Positions 18,021 through 29,573 are shown, counted from the stretch's first letter. The stretch: 52,365 nt of DNA from an uncultured Anaerolineaceae bacterium (GCA_964353875.1 CAYGXU010000004.1:12937-65301); one strand, 5' to 3'. Notes: generated by a model not told the origin, from the letters alone. Program-made: numbers and translations.

Positions 18021-20801
18021 ATGGAACCTATAATCGCTCTTGATCTGGAAACGACTGGATTAGACCCCGAACGCGATACGATCATTGAGATCGGGCTGGT
18101 CCGTTTTATGGGACCACGAATAGAGCGTACATGGCAGCAATTGATCAATCCAGGCCGTCCTCTTCCTGCATTTATAACCCAATTAACCGGAATCGATGAT
18201 GCCATGCTTTCCAAGGCTCCCAGGATCAATAGTGTCTTGGATGAGCTCAAGGACTTTATTGGGGATCTACCCATCCTCGGTCACAACATAAATTTTGATC
18301 TCTCTTTTTTTCGCCGTGATGGTTTATTTCAACTCAACCAGACCATTGACACCTACGATCTTGCTTCAGTCCTGATCCCCTCGGCAGGGCGTTATCGCCT
18401 TGATGCCTTAGCGAGCGCATTGGGTGTGCTCCCTCAACAACGCCACCGAGCTCTTGAAGATGCGCGAACAACTCACCAAGTCTACCTTCGTCTATGGGAG
18501 AAGGTTCGACAATTGCCCCTCGCGCTTGTCGAAGAAATTGTTCGCCTGGGAGAAAATATTGAATGGGGTGCTGGTTGGACTTTCGAAGAGATATTGAACG
18601 AACGCGGAGGTACTCTAGATCGATTCACGCCCATTGAGCTGGTACCTGACCTCAAACCGTTTCCCAGGCATACGTTGAAGCCTCGAGAGGATCGTCTTCC
18701 CCTCAACGCAGACGAGCTGGCTGCCATCCTAGAACCTGGAGGGCCTTTCGCGGCGCGGTTTCCCGGATATGAACACCGATCGCAACAGATCTCGATGTTG
18801 CGGGCTATCGCCGAATCCCTCTCTTATTCCGGACATCTGCTCGTTGAAGCTGGTACGGGTACCGGAAAATCATTGGCGTATCTAATCCCTGCGTTTGCTT
18901 GGGCCGCTCAAAACGGCGAGCATGTGATTGTCTCCACCAATACCATCAATCTCCAAGACCAACTACGATACCATGATATCCCAGCCATCAATGACATCCT
19001 CGGTTCTTCTTACCAGGCGAGCGTATTAAAAGGTCGGCGAAATTATCTTTGCCCTCGTCAGTTAACCGCTCTTCGCCATCTAGGACCACGAACGGTGGAA
19101 GAAATGCGTGTGTTGGCAAAGGTCTTCGTTTGGCTTGTTGAGGGAGGGACGGGTGACCGAAATGAGATCACCCTCACTGGCGGAGAGGAGTCAGCTGTAT
19201 GGGCAAGATTATCAGCAGAATCGGAAGACTGTTCCCCGGAGACCTGCGCATACTTCACTAGCAAGGGTTGTCCCTATTATCATGCGCGTGAGGCTGCCGA
19301 ATCAGCCCACATTGTCATTATCAATCATGCATTGCTCTTGGCTGATATCACAACTGGGAACCGGGTCATCCCAGAATACAAATATCTCATCATCGATGAG
19401 GCACACCACCTTGAATCTGCAACAACAAATGGACTCAGCTTCACCGTCTCTGAGTTTTCACTGAAGCGTCTCCTGAGTGATTTAGGAGCAAGGGGGCCTG
19501 GACTATTACAGGGGATCCAGCTTTACAGTCAGAAAGTCATGGATCCCAGCCAATATGCCCAATGGAGCCGCAAAATCCAATCCGCCCTTCAGAGCGCGCG
19601 CGAGTGCGACACGCTTGCTTCCGCATTCTTCCAATCTCTGAATACTTTCCTCGCCCGGCAAAGGGAAGAAGAATCAATCGGCATTTATGGTCAACGAACA
19701 CGCATTCAGTCCTCGACCCGCACACTTCCGGATTGGGATGAGGTAGAAGCCGTTTGGGATCAAACACGTCAACCGCTGAATGCTGCAATTCACTCCTCGC
19801 TTGAGATCAGTGAGGCTTTGTTATCCCTCGCCAGCGAAGGAGAGGGAAGAGGCGAGGATTTGGTTGTGGCACTTCGTTCCATCAGCCGTAGCCTGACAGA
19901 GATCTATCAACAAATCAATCAGATGATTTTCGAGCCCGATCCTAAAATGGTCTATTGGATTGAAATCGCGGGACCCTATGAACGGCTCTCATTGCATGCA
20001 GCTCCGCTTGAGATCGGGCATCTTGTCGAGCGACATCTGTGGAACGAAAAAGAAGCGGTAATATTGACCTCAGCTACTCTGACGACAGCCGGGGAATTTG
20101 ATTACATTCGACAGCGGTTAAATGCTCACGATGCCGATGAATTACTGCTCGGTTCGCCATTCGATTTTGAAGCTTCCACATTGCTTTATGTGGTGAACGA
20201 CATCCCTGAACCACAAGAGCGCCAAGCATATCAACACGCGGTCGAACGCGGACTGATCGATCTTTGTACGGCGACGCGCGGTAGGGCTTTAGTGCTTTTC
20301 ACTTCTTATGAGCAACTGCAAAGGACTGCCAAAGCGATTACCGAATCACTAGCGAAGCAAGAGATCTTCGTATTTGAGCAAGGAGAGGGCGCTTCCAGGC
20401 ATGCTTTGTTAGAGACATTCCGCAGCACGGATCAGGCTGTGTTGCTCGGGACTCGATCCTTTTGGGAGGGGGTGGATGTTCCCGGTTCGGCGCTCTCGGT
20501 CCTGGTGATCGTTCGCCTGCCCTTTGATGTCCCGAATGACCCGATTGTAGCCGCGCGTGCAGAAACCTATGAGAGCCCCTTTGATCAATTTACAGTACCT
20601 GAAGCCATCCTGCGCTTCCGACAGGGATTCGGTCGCTTAATTCGAACGAAATCAGATCGCGGTGTTGTCGCCATCTTCGATCGACGTCTGCTTACGAAAC
20701 GTTATGGGCGCGTGTTTCTTGATTCTTTGCCACAATGCACCTTGCGAGTGGAGCCTTTGGCCGCCCTGCCTCGTAATGCTGCTCGATGGATTGGCGAGTA
20801 A
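18021..20801 (+). CDS. dinG: DinG-family helicase fused to an N-terminal DEDDh 3'-5' exonuclease
   Basis: ALDLETTG, GHNINFD, HRALEDA; EAGTGTGKS; Fe-S-type Cys residues NYLC...DC...TC...GCPY; IIDEAHH; QGFGRLIR. Confidence 0.93.
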   Translation: MEPIIALDLETTGLDPERDTIIEIGLVRFMGPRIERTWQQLINPGRPLPAFITQLTGIDDAMLSKAPRINSVLDELKDFIGDLPILGHNINFDLSFFRRDGLFQLNQTIDTYDLASVLIPSAGRYRLDALASALGVLPQQRHRALEDARTTHQVYLRLWEKVRQLPLALVEEIVRLGENIEWGAGWTFEEILNERGGTLDRFTPIELVPDLKPFPRHTLKPREDRLPLNADELAAILEPGGPFAARFPGYEHRSQQISMLRAIAESLSYSGHLLVEAGTGTGKSLAYLIPAFAWAAQNGEHVIVSTNTINLQDQLRYHDIPAINDILGSSYQASVLKGRRNYLCPRQLTALRHLGPRTVEEMRVLAKVFVWLVEGGTGDRNEITLTGGEESAVWARLSAESEDCSPETCAYFTSKGCPYYHAREAAESAHIVIINHALLLADITTGNRVIPEYKYLIIDEAHHLESATTNGLSFTVSEFSLKRLLSDLGARGPGLLQGIQLYSQKVMDPSQYAQWSRKIQSALQSARECDTLASAFFQSLNTFLARQREEESIGIYGQRTRIQSSTRTLPDWDEVEAVWDQTRQPLNAAIHSSLEISEALLSLASEGEGRGEDLVVALRSISRSLTEIYQQINQMIFEPDPKMVYWIEIAGPYERLSLHAAPLEIGHLVERHLWNEKEAVILTSATLTTAGEFDYIRQRLNAHDADELLLGSPFDFEASTLLYVVNDIPEPQERQAYQHAVERGLIDLCTATRGRALVLFTSYEQLQRTAKAITESLAKQEIFVFEQGEGASRHALLETFRSTDQAVLLGTRSFWEGVDVPGSALSVLVIVRLPFDVPNDPIVAARAETYESPFDQFTVPEAILRFRQGFGRLIRTKSDRGVVAIFDRRLLTKRYGRVFLDSLPQCTLRVEPLAALPRNAARWIGE

Positions 20802-21063
20802 AATCCTCTCCCCTGATCAGGCGAATCCATCGATTGGCCTTCAAAGGGGACGCATCTTCGTCACGGGTTTTAAGACGGAATGAAATCCCAGAGCTCAGTT
20901 ACCGCGATTGAGAAACCGCTTAATAAATGGATGAAACTGCCTTAATGCATCGATAATCAAAGATCGCATGGACATCGGATTAACCTTCCATTCTTACGCA
21001 TTCACCCTCGCCTACTCCTGCCTCTAAGTCCGTGTCTTTCCTAATTCCAGTGATCGATAGCAA

Positions 21064-21093
21064 TTGACGCTTCACAATGGCAAGGACTATAAT
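21064..21093 (+). promoter_or_regulatory. Sigma70 promoter of efp
   Basis: TTGACG-N18-TATAAT; GGAGG SD downstream. Confidence 0.7.
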
Positions 21094-21125
21094 TTCGACA
21101 TCTTTCGACTGGAGGCAAGCTCTCT

Positions 21126-21683
21126 GTGATTGATGTGAACGATCTTCGATCAGGTGTCACTTTCGAGCTCGATGGAAATATCTATAAAGTCATCGAATAT
21201 GCACATAACAAGCCTGGACGTGGAAAGGCGACCATCCGTACTCGCATCCGTGATTTACGTACAGGCGTGATTCTCGAAAAAACTTTTATTTCTGGCGATC
21301 GAGTACAAAATATCCGTCTTGATTACCGTCCGGTTCAATTTCTCTACAAAGAAGAGAACCTGTATCATTTCATGGATACTGAAACCTATGAACAGCCCAC
21401 ATTAAGTGCTGACATGCTCGGCGATACAGTGGATTTTTTAAAAGAAGGGGGGGAGGCGAAGATCACGTATTACGAAAATGAATCTCTTGATATTGAGCTC
21501 CCAACTGCTGTCGATCTTGAGGTTATGGAGGCCGAGGTCGCAGTTAAAGGCGATACCGCCACCGGTGCGAATAAGTGGGTAACGGTCGAAACGGGTCTGA
21601 AAGTGCAGGTTCCGCTTTTCGTAGAAAAAGGGGATACGATTCGAATCGATACCCGCACCAGCACTTACATTACGCGCGCTTGA
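21126..21683 (+). CDS. efp: Elongation factor P (Arg32 type)
   Basis: HNKPGRGKA loop, KGDTA, VPLFV...RIDTR; GTG start. Confidence 0.97.
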   Translation: MIDVNDLRSGVTFELDGNIYKVIEYAHNKPGRGKATIRTRIRDLRTGVILEKTFISGDRVQNIRLDYRPVQFLYKEENLYHFMDTETYEQPTLSADMLGDTVDFLKEGGEAKITYYENESLDIELPTAVDLEVMEAEVAVKGDTATGANKWVTVETGLKVQVPLFVEKGDTIRIDTRTSTYITRA

Positions 21684-21701
21684 TTTTTGAGCCCTTTTCC
21701 G

Positions 21702-22037
21702 ATGCAAACACCAGCTGGAACGGAATGTCTATACTACTTTGCTGACTTCCATCGAGGACGAAATATCCAATCTTGCCGATTGATTGAACAAACAGCTCGA
21801 GGCGGGAAATGGACGCCAGATCTTTGCGCTCGATGTCATGTACCCCGCATCGTGCTGGCAAATGCTTGTCCGAACCTCATGCTTGAAGCTCGTGCCCATT
21901 CCAGCTTCCTCGGGATGGGGAAACGCGTCGATGTATCAGCATCATGTCTACGTACTCTCGAGCCCGTGGAAGTGGCTGAGATTGGCTGTGGTCATTGCCA
22001 TGATCCTTTCCCACCCTTTGAAACGAATACCACATGA
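21702..22037 (+). CDS. Uncharacterised 8-Cys protein (putative metal-binding)
   Basis: MQTPAGTEC...CRLI...LCARC...NACP...SC...GCGHCH; between efp and an ATGA-coupled downstream gene. Confidence 0.72.
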   Translation: MQTPAGTECLYYFADFHRGRNIQSCRLIEQTARGGKWTPDLCARCHVPRIVLANACPNLMLEARAHSSFLGMGKRVDVSASCLRTLEPVEVAEIGCGHCHDPFPPFETNTT

Positions 22038-23221
22038 TTAAAACCCTTCTCCTCGATCTGGATGGCACGCTCCTTCAAAACAACATTGAAACCTTCATCC
22101 CTGCTTACCTACAAATCCTGGCGCGCAGCATGGCCTCGTACGTTGACCCAGACAGGATGATTGCTCAGATCCTCAAAGGGACGGATGCCATGCTCAGCAA
22201 CACAGATATGGAGAAGACCCTGGAGCAGGTTTTCGATGAGCACTTTTATCCTTCTTTAGGTTTGCCTAAATCTATACTACACCCGCACTTCGTCACCTTC
22301 TATCACCATGAATTCCCGAAATTAAAAACCCTCACCGAGTCCATCCCAGACGCCAGACGATTGATTTCCTATGCACTCGGTCATCAGCTTGAGGTCGTTA
22401 TTGCCACCAATCCGCTCTTCCCCCTTGTCGCGATCCAGGAAAGGCTGAGATGGGCGGGTATCCCCTTGGATGAATATCCATACGATCTCATCACTAGTTA
22501 TGAGATCTTCCATTTCACCAAGCCCCATTGGGAATATTTCGCCGAAATCCTGGGGAGGCTAGGACGAAATCCGCACGAAGCCGCCATGATCGGAAACGCT
22601 CTCCGCGACGACCTCCTTCCTGCCAAGGAGTTGGGACTGGCCGTCTTCCATGTCGCCGATCAACCGCAAGAGGGCTTTCCAGGTGGGAACCTGGATGAAG
22701 CGATCGGGTGGCTGAAGAGTGACCCTCCCACCTCCGATCCTCCCGAAGAGATACTGCCGAAAATGCTCCTGGCACGCCTCCGAGGTAATTTGGTCACATT
22801 CCTCTCGATGCAAGCGGAGATTGATGACTGCTGGAAGATAAGACCCTCCGTGGAAAGCTGGGCTCCAGTCGAAGTTATTTGCCATCTAAGAGACGTGGAA
22901 AGGGAGGTTAACCTCCCACGATTAGAGAAAATTTTATCCACAGAACAACCCTTCCTTTCCGCCCCTGATAGCGACCAATGGGCCGAGCAACGTCACTATC
23001 TTGAGGAAAACCCCCGCGACGCCATGCAAGAGTTCATTCAGGCTCGTAAGAGGACGATAGACCTGCTTTCCTCTCAGTCCCGCCAGGCCTGGAACCGGCA
23101 AGCTCGACACGCCATTTTCGGTCTGACACAACTGCTCGAGATGGTGCGTATCTTCCTCGAGCACGACCTTGTTCACATTCGTCAGATCCGGGAAGAGTTG
23201 AATATAGTCAAGTCCTCTTGA
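22034..23221 (+). CDS. HAD-family hydrolase fused to a DinB/YfiT-like domain
   Basis: LLDLDGTLL, IATNP, TKP, IGNALRDD; C-terminal WAPVEVICHLRD...EHDLVH. Confidence 0.83.
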   Translation: MIKTLLLDLDGTLLQNNIETFIPAYLQILARSMASYVDPDRMIAQILKGTDAMLSNTDMEKTLEQVFDEHFYPSLGLPKSILHPHFVTFYHHEFPKLKTLTESIPDARRLISYALGHQLEVVIATNPLFPLVAIQERLRWAGIPLDEYPYDLITSYEIFHFTKPHWEYFAEILGRLGRNPHEAAMIGNALRDDLLPAKELGLAVFHVADQPQEGFPGGNLDEAIGWLKSDPPTSDPPEEILPKMLLARLRGNLVTFLSMQAEIDDCWKIRPSVESWAPVEVICHLRDVEREVNLPRLEKILSTEQPFLSAPDSDQWAEQRHYLEENPRDAMQEFIQARKRTIDLLSSQSRQAWNRQARHAIFGLTQLLEMVRIFLEHDLVHIRQIREELNIVKSS

Positions 23222-23464
23222 ATTACATTAAGAGCTTCTCTGATAAAAGGACCTGCCGAGTCCATTCCTACTACAAGTGGATGCAGCATATCTTTGTGTT
23301 TACCCTATTGCATTTTCCACCTCTCTATTTTGCTCCTTTCCGCTCTATAGGATTTCAGCCCATCATGTCGATCCATCTCGGCTCATCACGACCAGGTCAG
23401 AACATGCAGCGATAGATCCTTTTCGCCTCTTGCCGATTGTATGGTATAGATCATCATCCATAGC

Positions 23465-23493
23465 TTTACAGCCCAATTTGCGAACGATATAAT
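23465..23493 (+). promoter_or_regulatory. Sigma70 promoter of tRNA-Leu / tig
   Basis: TTTACA-N17-TATAAT. Confidence 0.75.
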
Positions 23494-23506
23494 CATCATA
23501 AACCAA

Positions 23507-23588
<82 letters not shown>

Positions 23589-23590
23589 CC

Positions 23591-23629
23591 TTTGCCGTGA
23601 CGCGCCATATATCACGCGCTCACGGCAAA
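23591..23629 (+). other. Stem-loop between tRNA-Leu and tig (terminator-like or processing structure)
   Basis: TTTGCCGTGA / TCACGGCAAA 10-bp arms with an inner CGCG/CGCG pairing. Confidence 0.55.
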
Positions 23630-23681
23630 TTTAAGCGCACACCTGTTTATTTCAATAACGGTGTAAAGAAAGGGTGGTACC

Positions 23682-25073
23682 TTGAAAGTAGAACGACAGG
23701 ATTTAGACGATCGCCAGACTCAATTAACGGTGGAACTCGAGGATGAACGCTTGGATGTTGCCATGCGATCTGCAGCAAAGCGTTTGAGCAAGAACTCCCG
23801 CATCCCAGGCTTTCGCCCCGGCAAGGCTCCCTTCGAGATCCTCCTGAGCCGCTTTGGGGAGGATTCGATTTTTGAAGAAGCACTTAATCGACTCGGGCAG
23901 GAGGTTTATCGCGAAGCAATCGATGAAGTCAAACTCGAACCGTTTGCTCCAGGCAGCTTAGAAGAGGTCATCAGCCGTAAGCCTCTCACGCTGCGTTATA
24001 TTGTCCCACTTGAACCAGAGGTTATTCTCGACTCTTTTCGTGAGATCCGCCTCCCCTTTGAAAAACCGGAGGTGGAAGATGAAGCCGTCAATCAAGTTTT
24101 AGACGACCTGCGCCAACGGCAAGCCCTTATTGAACCTGCTGATCGCCCCGCGATACTCGGCGATGTGGTTGTTGTCGATATCCACGGAAATTTGCTTGAG
24201 ACTGACGAAGATGAGGACGCCATCCTTCTCGATCGTCAGGGGGTTTCCATCCTGGTCGATGAGGAAACCAACTGGCCCACTCCCCGAATTGCTGACCACC
24301 TGATTGGACTTGAGGCGGGTCAGGAAAAATCTTTCGAATATTCCTTCCCAGATGATTATGCCAGTGAGGATTTACGCGGAAAGAAGGCTAATTTCGACCT
24401 GACCTGTCTGGAAGTGAAATCACGCTTTGTACCTGAGTGGAGCGACGAACTTGTACGAAATATCGGGGATTTTGAAGATCTGCTGGCGCTTCGAATTCAA
24501 GTCAGGAAAGATCTCCAGCAACAGGCTGAACGTCAAACAGAGGCAGAATTTGCAAACAAGGTGATGGATACAATTGTCGAGGGGGCGACAGTGTGCTTCC
24601 CCCCTGTCCTGCTCCAGGACGAGGTTACTGATATGGTCAGAGAATTGGAGCAACGCTTGAGGATTCAACGTCTCAGTCTGGAAGACTATTTTAAGATTGA
24701 GAAAAAAACCGAAGAAGCCTTGCGTGAAGAATTTGAACCGCGGGCGAAGGAACGCCTTACACGTGCCCTGGTTTTGGGTAAAATCGTGGAAGTGGAAAAG
24801 ATTGAGGTTGATGAAACCGAGATTGATGGCGAAATCGATCGTATTATGGAACAATTCGAGGATAAATCAGAGAAGGCCCGCAAAGCATTGGACAACCCAG
24901 TAGGAAGGCGTCGAATACACCTTGACTTACTCTCCCAAAAGGCGATCAAACGCGTCATTGCCATTGCTAAGGGTGAGGCAGTAGAACAAGAAGTGACCCA
25001 TTCTGAGGTCGCATTGGTATCCGAGAAAGAAGAACAAAAAATCGAACAAGTGACAGATAGAAAACAGGAGTAA
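23682..25073 (+). CDS. tig: Trigger factor
   Basis: [10 protein letters not shown] signature; FKBP-like middle domain; tig-clpP-clpX order. Confidence 0.96.
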   Translation: MKVERQDLDDRQTQLTVELEDERLDVAMRSAAKRLSKNSRIPGFRPGKAPFEILLSRFGEDSIFEEALNRLGQEVYREAIDEVKLEPFAPGSLEEVISRKPLTLRYIVPLEPEVILDSFREIRLPFEKPEVEDEAVNQVLDDLRQRQALIEPADRPAILGDVVVVDIHGNLLETDEDEDAILLDRQGVSILVDEETNWPTPRIADHLIGLEAGQEKSFEYSFPDDYASEDLRGKKANFDLTCLEVKSRFVPEWSDELVRNIGDFEDLLALRIQVRKDLQQQAERQTEAEFANKVMDTIVEGATVCFPPVLLQDEVTDMVRELEQRLRIQRLSLEDYFKIEKKTEEALREEFEPRAKERLTRALVLGKIVEVEKIEVDETEIDGEIDRIMEQFEDKSEKARKALDNPVGRRRIHLDLLSQKAIKRVIAIAKGEAVEQEVTHSEVALVSEKEEQKIEQVTDRKQE

Positions 25074-25083
25074 CGGAAAGACC

Positions 25084-25740
25084 ATGTCAATAAATGATTT
25101 TTATTCGCTCATTCCGATGGTAATTGAAACAACCGCGCGTGGGGAACGTGCCTATGATATTTTTTCCCTTCTCTTAAGAAACCGGATTATCTTCCTGGGC
25201 ACCCCCATCTCCGATCAGGTTTCCAACTTGATTGTAGCCCAATTGCTGTACCTCAATCAGGAGGATCCTGAAAGGAATATCCAGATGTATATCAACTGTC
25301 CCGGTGGCGTCATATATGCTGGTCTGGCAATATACGACACCATGCAGCAGCTCTCTAATCCGATCTCCACGGTTGCAGTTGGCGTTACAGCATCATTTGG
25401 AACTATGCTTCTGGCAGCAGGCACAAAAGGGATGCGTTTCACGCTCCCTCATGCTACAATTCATCTCCACCAACCCCTGGGCGGCGCTCAGGGTCAGGCG
25501 ACGGATATTGAAATTCAGGCTAAAGAGATCTTGCGTTTGAAGGAAAAACTCAATACTATACTTGTTCAACATACCGGCCAGTCGCTAGAAATAATCGAGC
25601 GAGATACGGAACGCGACTTCTACATGGATGGAGAAGCGGCTAAAAACTACGGGATTATCGATCACGTTTTGTATCCAGATGAGAAGGGCAAAAAGGACAA
25701 AAAGAAAGAAAGTGAAGCAGCGAAGAAAGAGAGTGCATAG
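25084..25740 (+). CDS. clpP: ATP-dependent Clp protease proteolytic subunit
   Basis: [20 protein letters not shown] (catalytic Ser), HQPLGG, ERDFYM. Confidence 0.97.
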   Translation: MSINDFYSLIPMVIETTARGERAYDIFSLLLRNRIIFLGTPISDQVSNLIVAQLLYLNQEDPERNIQMYINCPGGVIYAGLAIYDTMQQLSNPISTVAVGVTASFGTMLLAAGTKGMRFTLPHATIHLHQPLGGAQGQATDIEIQAKEILRLKEKLNTILVQHTGQSLEIIERDTERDFYMDGEAAKNYGIIDHVLYPDEKGKKDKKKESEAAKKESA

Positions 25741-25743
25741 CGC

Positions 25744-27045
25744 ATGTCGCGCAAAGAATCGAGCTCAACAGAAACACAACGCTGTTCCTTTTGCAGTCGC
25801 GCCGAACCAGATATCCAGCGCCTGATTGCTGGTCCTGAAGGCGTTTTTATTTGCAATGAATGCGTTGATCTCTGCCGAGACATCATCGAAGGAGAAAGCC
25901 CACGCAGCGGTTATGTTGGGCTGACTTCTTCCGGTCGACCCTCCTTATCTCCACAGGAAATATTTACGCGCCTGGAGGAATATGTGATCGGCCAGGAGCA
26001 TGCCAAAAGAGTACTTTCGGTGGCAGTCTACAATCATTACAAGCGCATCGCAAATCGCGGCATCTCTAATGTTGAGCTCGAAAAAAGCAATATCCTTCTC
26101 ATCGGGCCTACAGGTTGCGGGAAAACGTTACTTGCACAGACCCTGGCCAGAAGCCTGGATGTACCCTTTTGTATCGCCGATGCTACTGCATTAACCGAAG
26201 CGGGCTATGTCGGCGAAGACGTTGAGAATATCCTCCTACGTTTGCTTCAGGCCGCAGACTTCAATATCCCTCGGGCTGAACGAGGGATCGTCTACATCGA
26301 TGAGCTCGATAAAACTGCTCGGAAATCCGGAGACAATCCCAGCATCACGCGCGATGTATCCGGCGAGGGTGTTCAGCAAGCTTTGCTAAAAATCATTGAA
26401 GGGGCAATCGTTAACGTCCCACCTCAGGGCGGAAGAAAGCATCCCCATCAAGAATTCATTCAGGTTCAGACAAAGGATATCCTTTTCATTTGTGGAGGCA
26501 CTTTCGACGGTCTGGCAGATATCGTTGCCGAGCGTATCGGGCGTCGGGGTCGCTTGGGCTTCCCCGGAACGGTGGAAGAATATCAGGCTCGGAAGATGGA
26601 CGAATCGCTCTTGCTCCATCATCTATCTCCAGATGACCTGATGCGTTACGGCATGATCCCAGAATTAGTGGGACGCCTTCCAATTGCTGCCAGCCTCGAT
26701 CCGTTGGATGTGGTCTCGCTTCGCGCCATACTCACAGAGCCGAAAAATGCACTTGTGCGCCAATATGAACGCCTCTTAGAAATGGACCAAGTTCAATTAA
26801 CCTTCACAGCCGAAGCGCTCGACGCCGCAGCGGAGATGGCGTTAGAGCGAGAGACAGGAGCGCGCGGGTTGCGCTCCATCATCGAGGGCGCGCTGTTGGA
26901 TGTCATGTATGAGATCCCCTCCCGGCCTGAGGTGCGTAAAGTCGTCGTGGATGAAAATGTGATCAGAAACAATCTCCGCCCCAAGCTGCTGGATGAAAAT
27001 AACTCCCCGCTCTTGTTCAGTGATGAGCTTCCAGACGCCGCCTGA
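25744..27045 (+). CDS. clpX: Clp protease ATPase subunit ClpX
   Basis: CSFC...ICNEC zinc finger, [33 protein letters not shown]. Confidence 0.97.
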   Translation: MSRKESSSTETQRCSFCSRAEPDIQRLIAGPEGVFICNECVDLCRDIIEGESPRSGYVGLTSSGRPSLSPQEIFTRLEEYVIGQEHAKRVLSVAVYNHYKRIANRGISNVELEKSNILLIGPTGCGKTLLAQTLARSLDVPFCIADATALTEAGYVGEDVENILLRLLQAADFNIPRAERGIVYIDELDKTARKSGDNPSITRDVSGEGVQQALLKIIEGAIVNVPPQGGRKHPHQEFIQVQTKDILFICGGTFDGLADIVAERIGRRGRLGFPGTVEEYQARKMDESLLLHHLSPDDLMRYGMIPELVGRLPIAASLDPLDVVSLRAILTEPKNALVRQYERLLEMDQVQLTFTAEALDAAAEMALERETGARGLRSIIEGALLDVMYEIPSRPEVRKVVVDENVIRNNLRPKLLDENNSPLLFSDELPDAA

Positions 27046-27278
27046 GTTCTAAGCAAGCGCATTTAAACTGGCGGGTGGCTTGGGATGATCAATAAGATGG
27101 CAGTGCGATCGTCGCCTGTGATGATCTTTATCAAGTAATCATACGATAGGAATTCCGACCCCCAGTAAACAAAGATCGACCTTGATCGATGTAATGTGAA
27201 AGCATATGCCTGTATGCATTCAGCGTACTCAATCCATAAAAACCAAAGAGAACACCCAGCAGGGAATGGATTTCTAAG

Positions 27279-28160
27279 ATGAATAATCATTTCCATCTAA
27301 GCACTTTCTCGATTGTCGCTTATGATCCAGCAGAACACGCCTGGGGGATCGCAGTAGCCTCAAAGTTTCCTGCGGTCGGCGCAGTTGTCCCCTGGGCTCA
27401 GGCTGGCTCGGGGGCAGTGGCAACCCAATCCTATGCGAACACCACTTTCGGACCTCGAGGCTTGGCTCTCATGGGGCAAGGGCTCTCGGCGAAAGAGACA
27501 ATCGATCGACTGATTGCCGAGGACGAAGAGCGCGATCTTCGTCAGGTTGGCATGGTGGATGCGCAAGGTCACCCAGCCACATTTAGCGGCGAGAAATGCC
27601 TCGCTTGGGCAGGCGGACAAACAGGGATGCATTTTGCTGCTCAGGGAAACATCCTCACCGGTCCGGAGACCATCGATGCAATGAAGGAGGCCTATCTGCG
27701 GACAAAAGGCGATCTCCCAGATCGCCTCCTTGCCGCCCTGCTTGACGGCGATCGGGCCGGAGGCGACCGTCGCGGTAAACAAAGCGCTGCACTCCTGGTA
27801 GTGAAACCAAAAGGTGGTTATGGTGGGTATAACGACCGTTGGATCGACTATCGTGTCGACGATCACGAAGACCCAATACCCCGATTAGTTGAATTACTTC
27901 AATTGCATCGGCTCTACTTTGAAAAAAGTCCTGCAGAAGAACGTGTAGAGATCGCAGGGGAATCGCTCATCCAGCTCCAGAGGATTGCTCAAGATTTGGG
28001 GTATTATACAGGTCCGATCCATGGAGAATACGACGACGCCACACGTCTCGCTCTCCATAACTTGATCGGCAATGAGAACTTTGAGGACCGGGTAGATTTC
28101 GAGGCGGCATTTATGGATCGGCCAGTATTCGATTTCCTGCTGAAAAAATTTTCCCTATAG
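27279..28160 (+). CDS. DUF1028 (Ntn-hydrolase-like) protein with a C-terminal peptidoglycan-binding-like domain
   Basis: TFSIVAYD...GIAVASKF, GAVATQS, GGDRRGKQSAAL, RVDDH; LQRIAQDLGYY...G.YD. Confidence 0.85.
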   Translation: MNNHFHLSTFSIVAYDPAEHAWGIAVASKFPAVGAVVPWAQAGSGAVATQSYANTTFGPRGLALMGQGLSAKETIDRLIAEDEERDLRQVGMVDAQGHPATFSGEKCLAWAGGQTGMHFAAQGNILTGPETIDAMKEAYLRTKGDLPDRLLAALLDGDRAGGDRRGKQSAALLVVKPKGGYGGYNDRWIDYRVDDHEDPIPRLVELLQLHRLYFEKSPAEERVEIAGESLIQLQRIAQDLGYYTGPIHGEYDDATRLALHNLIGNENFEDRVDFEAAFMDRPVFDFLLKKFSL

Positions 28161-28392
28161 CCCCCTGCTTATTAAGCCCTGATCTAAGGACCCTCCCCCT
28201 TTATTTGTATCTCTTTGTATGTATAGACTAAGTCACTGCCTTCGAAGTGGATTCCTTTCATTCGCTTTTCCCCATCCCACCCGACCGTTCTCGCCAAAAA
28301 CGAGAATGGAATTTCCCCTCCATCTCATAAAATACGTGCATGATTCCCCCGTCCTCATAGTTCTAAAGTTTTATAACCTGAGTGATTGAAAA

Positions 28393-28426
28393 CCCTCTCC
28401 CCAGCCGGGCGGGAGTCAAGATGAGG
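28393..28426 (+). repeat. Degenerate copy of the BoxC-like element at 132-170
   Basis: CCCTCTCCCCAGCCGGGCGGGAGTCAAGATGAGG aligns loosely with CCCTACTCCCTGGCGGGAGAGGGGGTCAGGGGGTGAGGG. Confidence 0.4.
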
Positions 28427-28742
28427 CGAAGAATGATCCTCAGCGCGAAGAGGAGCTGTGGTGAAGTATTTGATTTTTGCCCAGGATGGTTTCGGCAAAA
28501 TGCTAAGAATATATCCTTTGAAAAAAGCGGAATGCCTTGTGGTAAGGATGTCGAAATAAAAATCCATGACAGCAGGCTTCGAAAAAGCAAGAAGTTCAGA
28601 ATTTTATGGTGCAATCCGTCATCTTCTGAGGAAGCCAGTCCGCTCTCCGCCGATTATTTCCGATAAAAGCGGTAGAATCAACCAGGCGAAAATCATACCA
28701 GTGATACTCGCGGCATGAACCTATAAGGACTTCGATCCATCC

Positions 28743-29573
28743 ATGGGAGCTTCTTTGATGAAAAATTCGACTCTTGACTTGAATACAATGCAGGCCTTCA
28801 TCCTCGATCTGGATGGAGTCATTTGGCGAGGTGATGCCCTGCTTCCCGGAGCGAAATCGCTCTTTGAATTCTTTCAAGCCCATTCTTTTCCCTATGTTTT
28901 CGTTACCAACAATGCCACTTTAACGCCTCAGCATTTTTGTGATAAAGCACGCCGTTTGGGTTTAATCATTCACGCTGATCAAGTCATCACCTCTTCCCAT
29001 GCTGCCGTTCGAATGCTTCAGGCTCAATTCCCAACAGGGGCAAGGATATTCGTAATCGGCGAAAACGGTTTGCTCGAGATACTATCCGGAGCGCAATTCC
29101 GTATTACGCAATCTGCGCAGGATGCGCAAGCCGTCGTGGTAGGGATGGATCGCCAAGTCAATTGGCAGAAAATGGCTGAAGCTGCCTATGCGATCTCCAG
29201 GGGAGCATTCTTCCTGGGGACGAATCTGGATCCCTCCTTCCCTACAGAACGAGGGCTGGCTCCAGGCAATGGCGCCATCATACAGGCGTTGCAGGTGACC
29301 ACCGGAATCGAGGCCCACATCGTTGGCAAACCAAAGCCCGATCTCTTTTTCCAAGCGTTGGAACACATGGGGACACCTGCGGAAAAGACCCTTGGTATTG
29401 GAGATCGCCTCGCGACAGATATTCAAGGTGGCAAGAATGCCGGCATTCCCACAGCCCTAGTGCTGACTGGTGTCACCTCCAAAGAAGAACTCTCCCGATC
29501 ACCCCTTCAGCCTGACTTCGTTTTCGAAAACCTAAATGAGCTCATCATGAGATTAGCGGGAGGATTGCCTTGA
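28743..29573 (+). CDS. HAD-IIA hydrolase (NagD-like)
   Basis: DLDGVIW, VTNN, VGKP, IGDRLATDI, VLTGV. Start may be 28758. Confidence 0.92.
   Translation: MGASLMKNSTLDLNTMQAFILDLDGVIWRGDALLPGAKSLFEFFQAHSFPYVFVTNNATLTPQHFCDKARRLGLIIHADQVITSSHAAVRMLQAQFPTGARIFVIGENGLLEILSGAQFRITQSAQDAQAVVVGMDRQVNWQKMAEAAYAISRGAFFLGTNLDPSFPTERGLAPGNGAIIQALQVTTGIEAHIVGKPKPDLFFQALEHMGTPAEKTLGIGDRLATDIQGGKNAGIPTALVLTGVTSKEELSRSPLQPDFVFENLNELIMRLAGGLP

Noticed and set aside
28355-28666. ORFs 28382-28666 (+), 28355-28567 (-) and 28363-28614 (-)
   Set aside because: No recognisable motifs or convincing SD; they overlap a degenerate repeat, so treated as intergenic.
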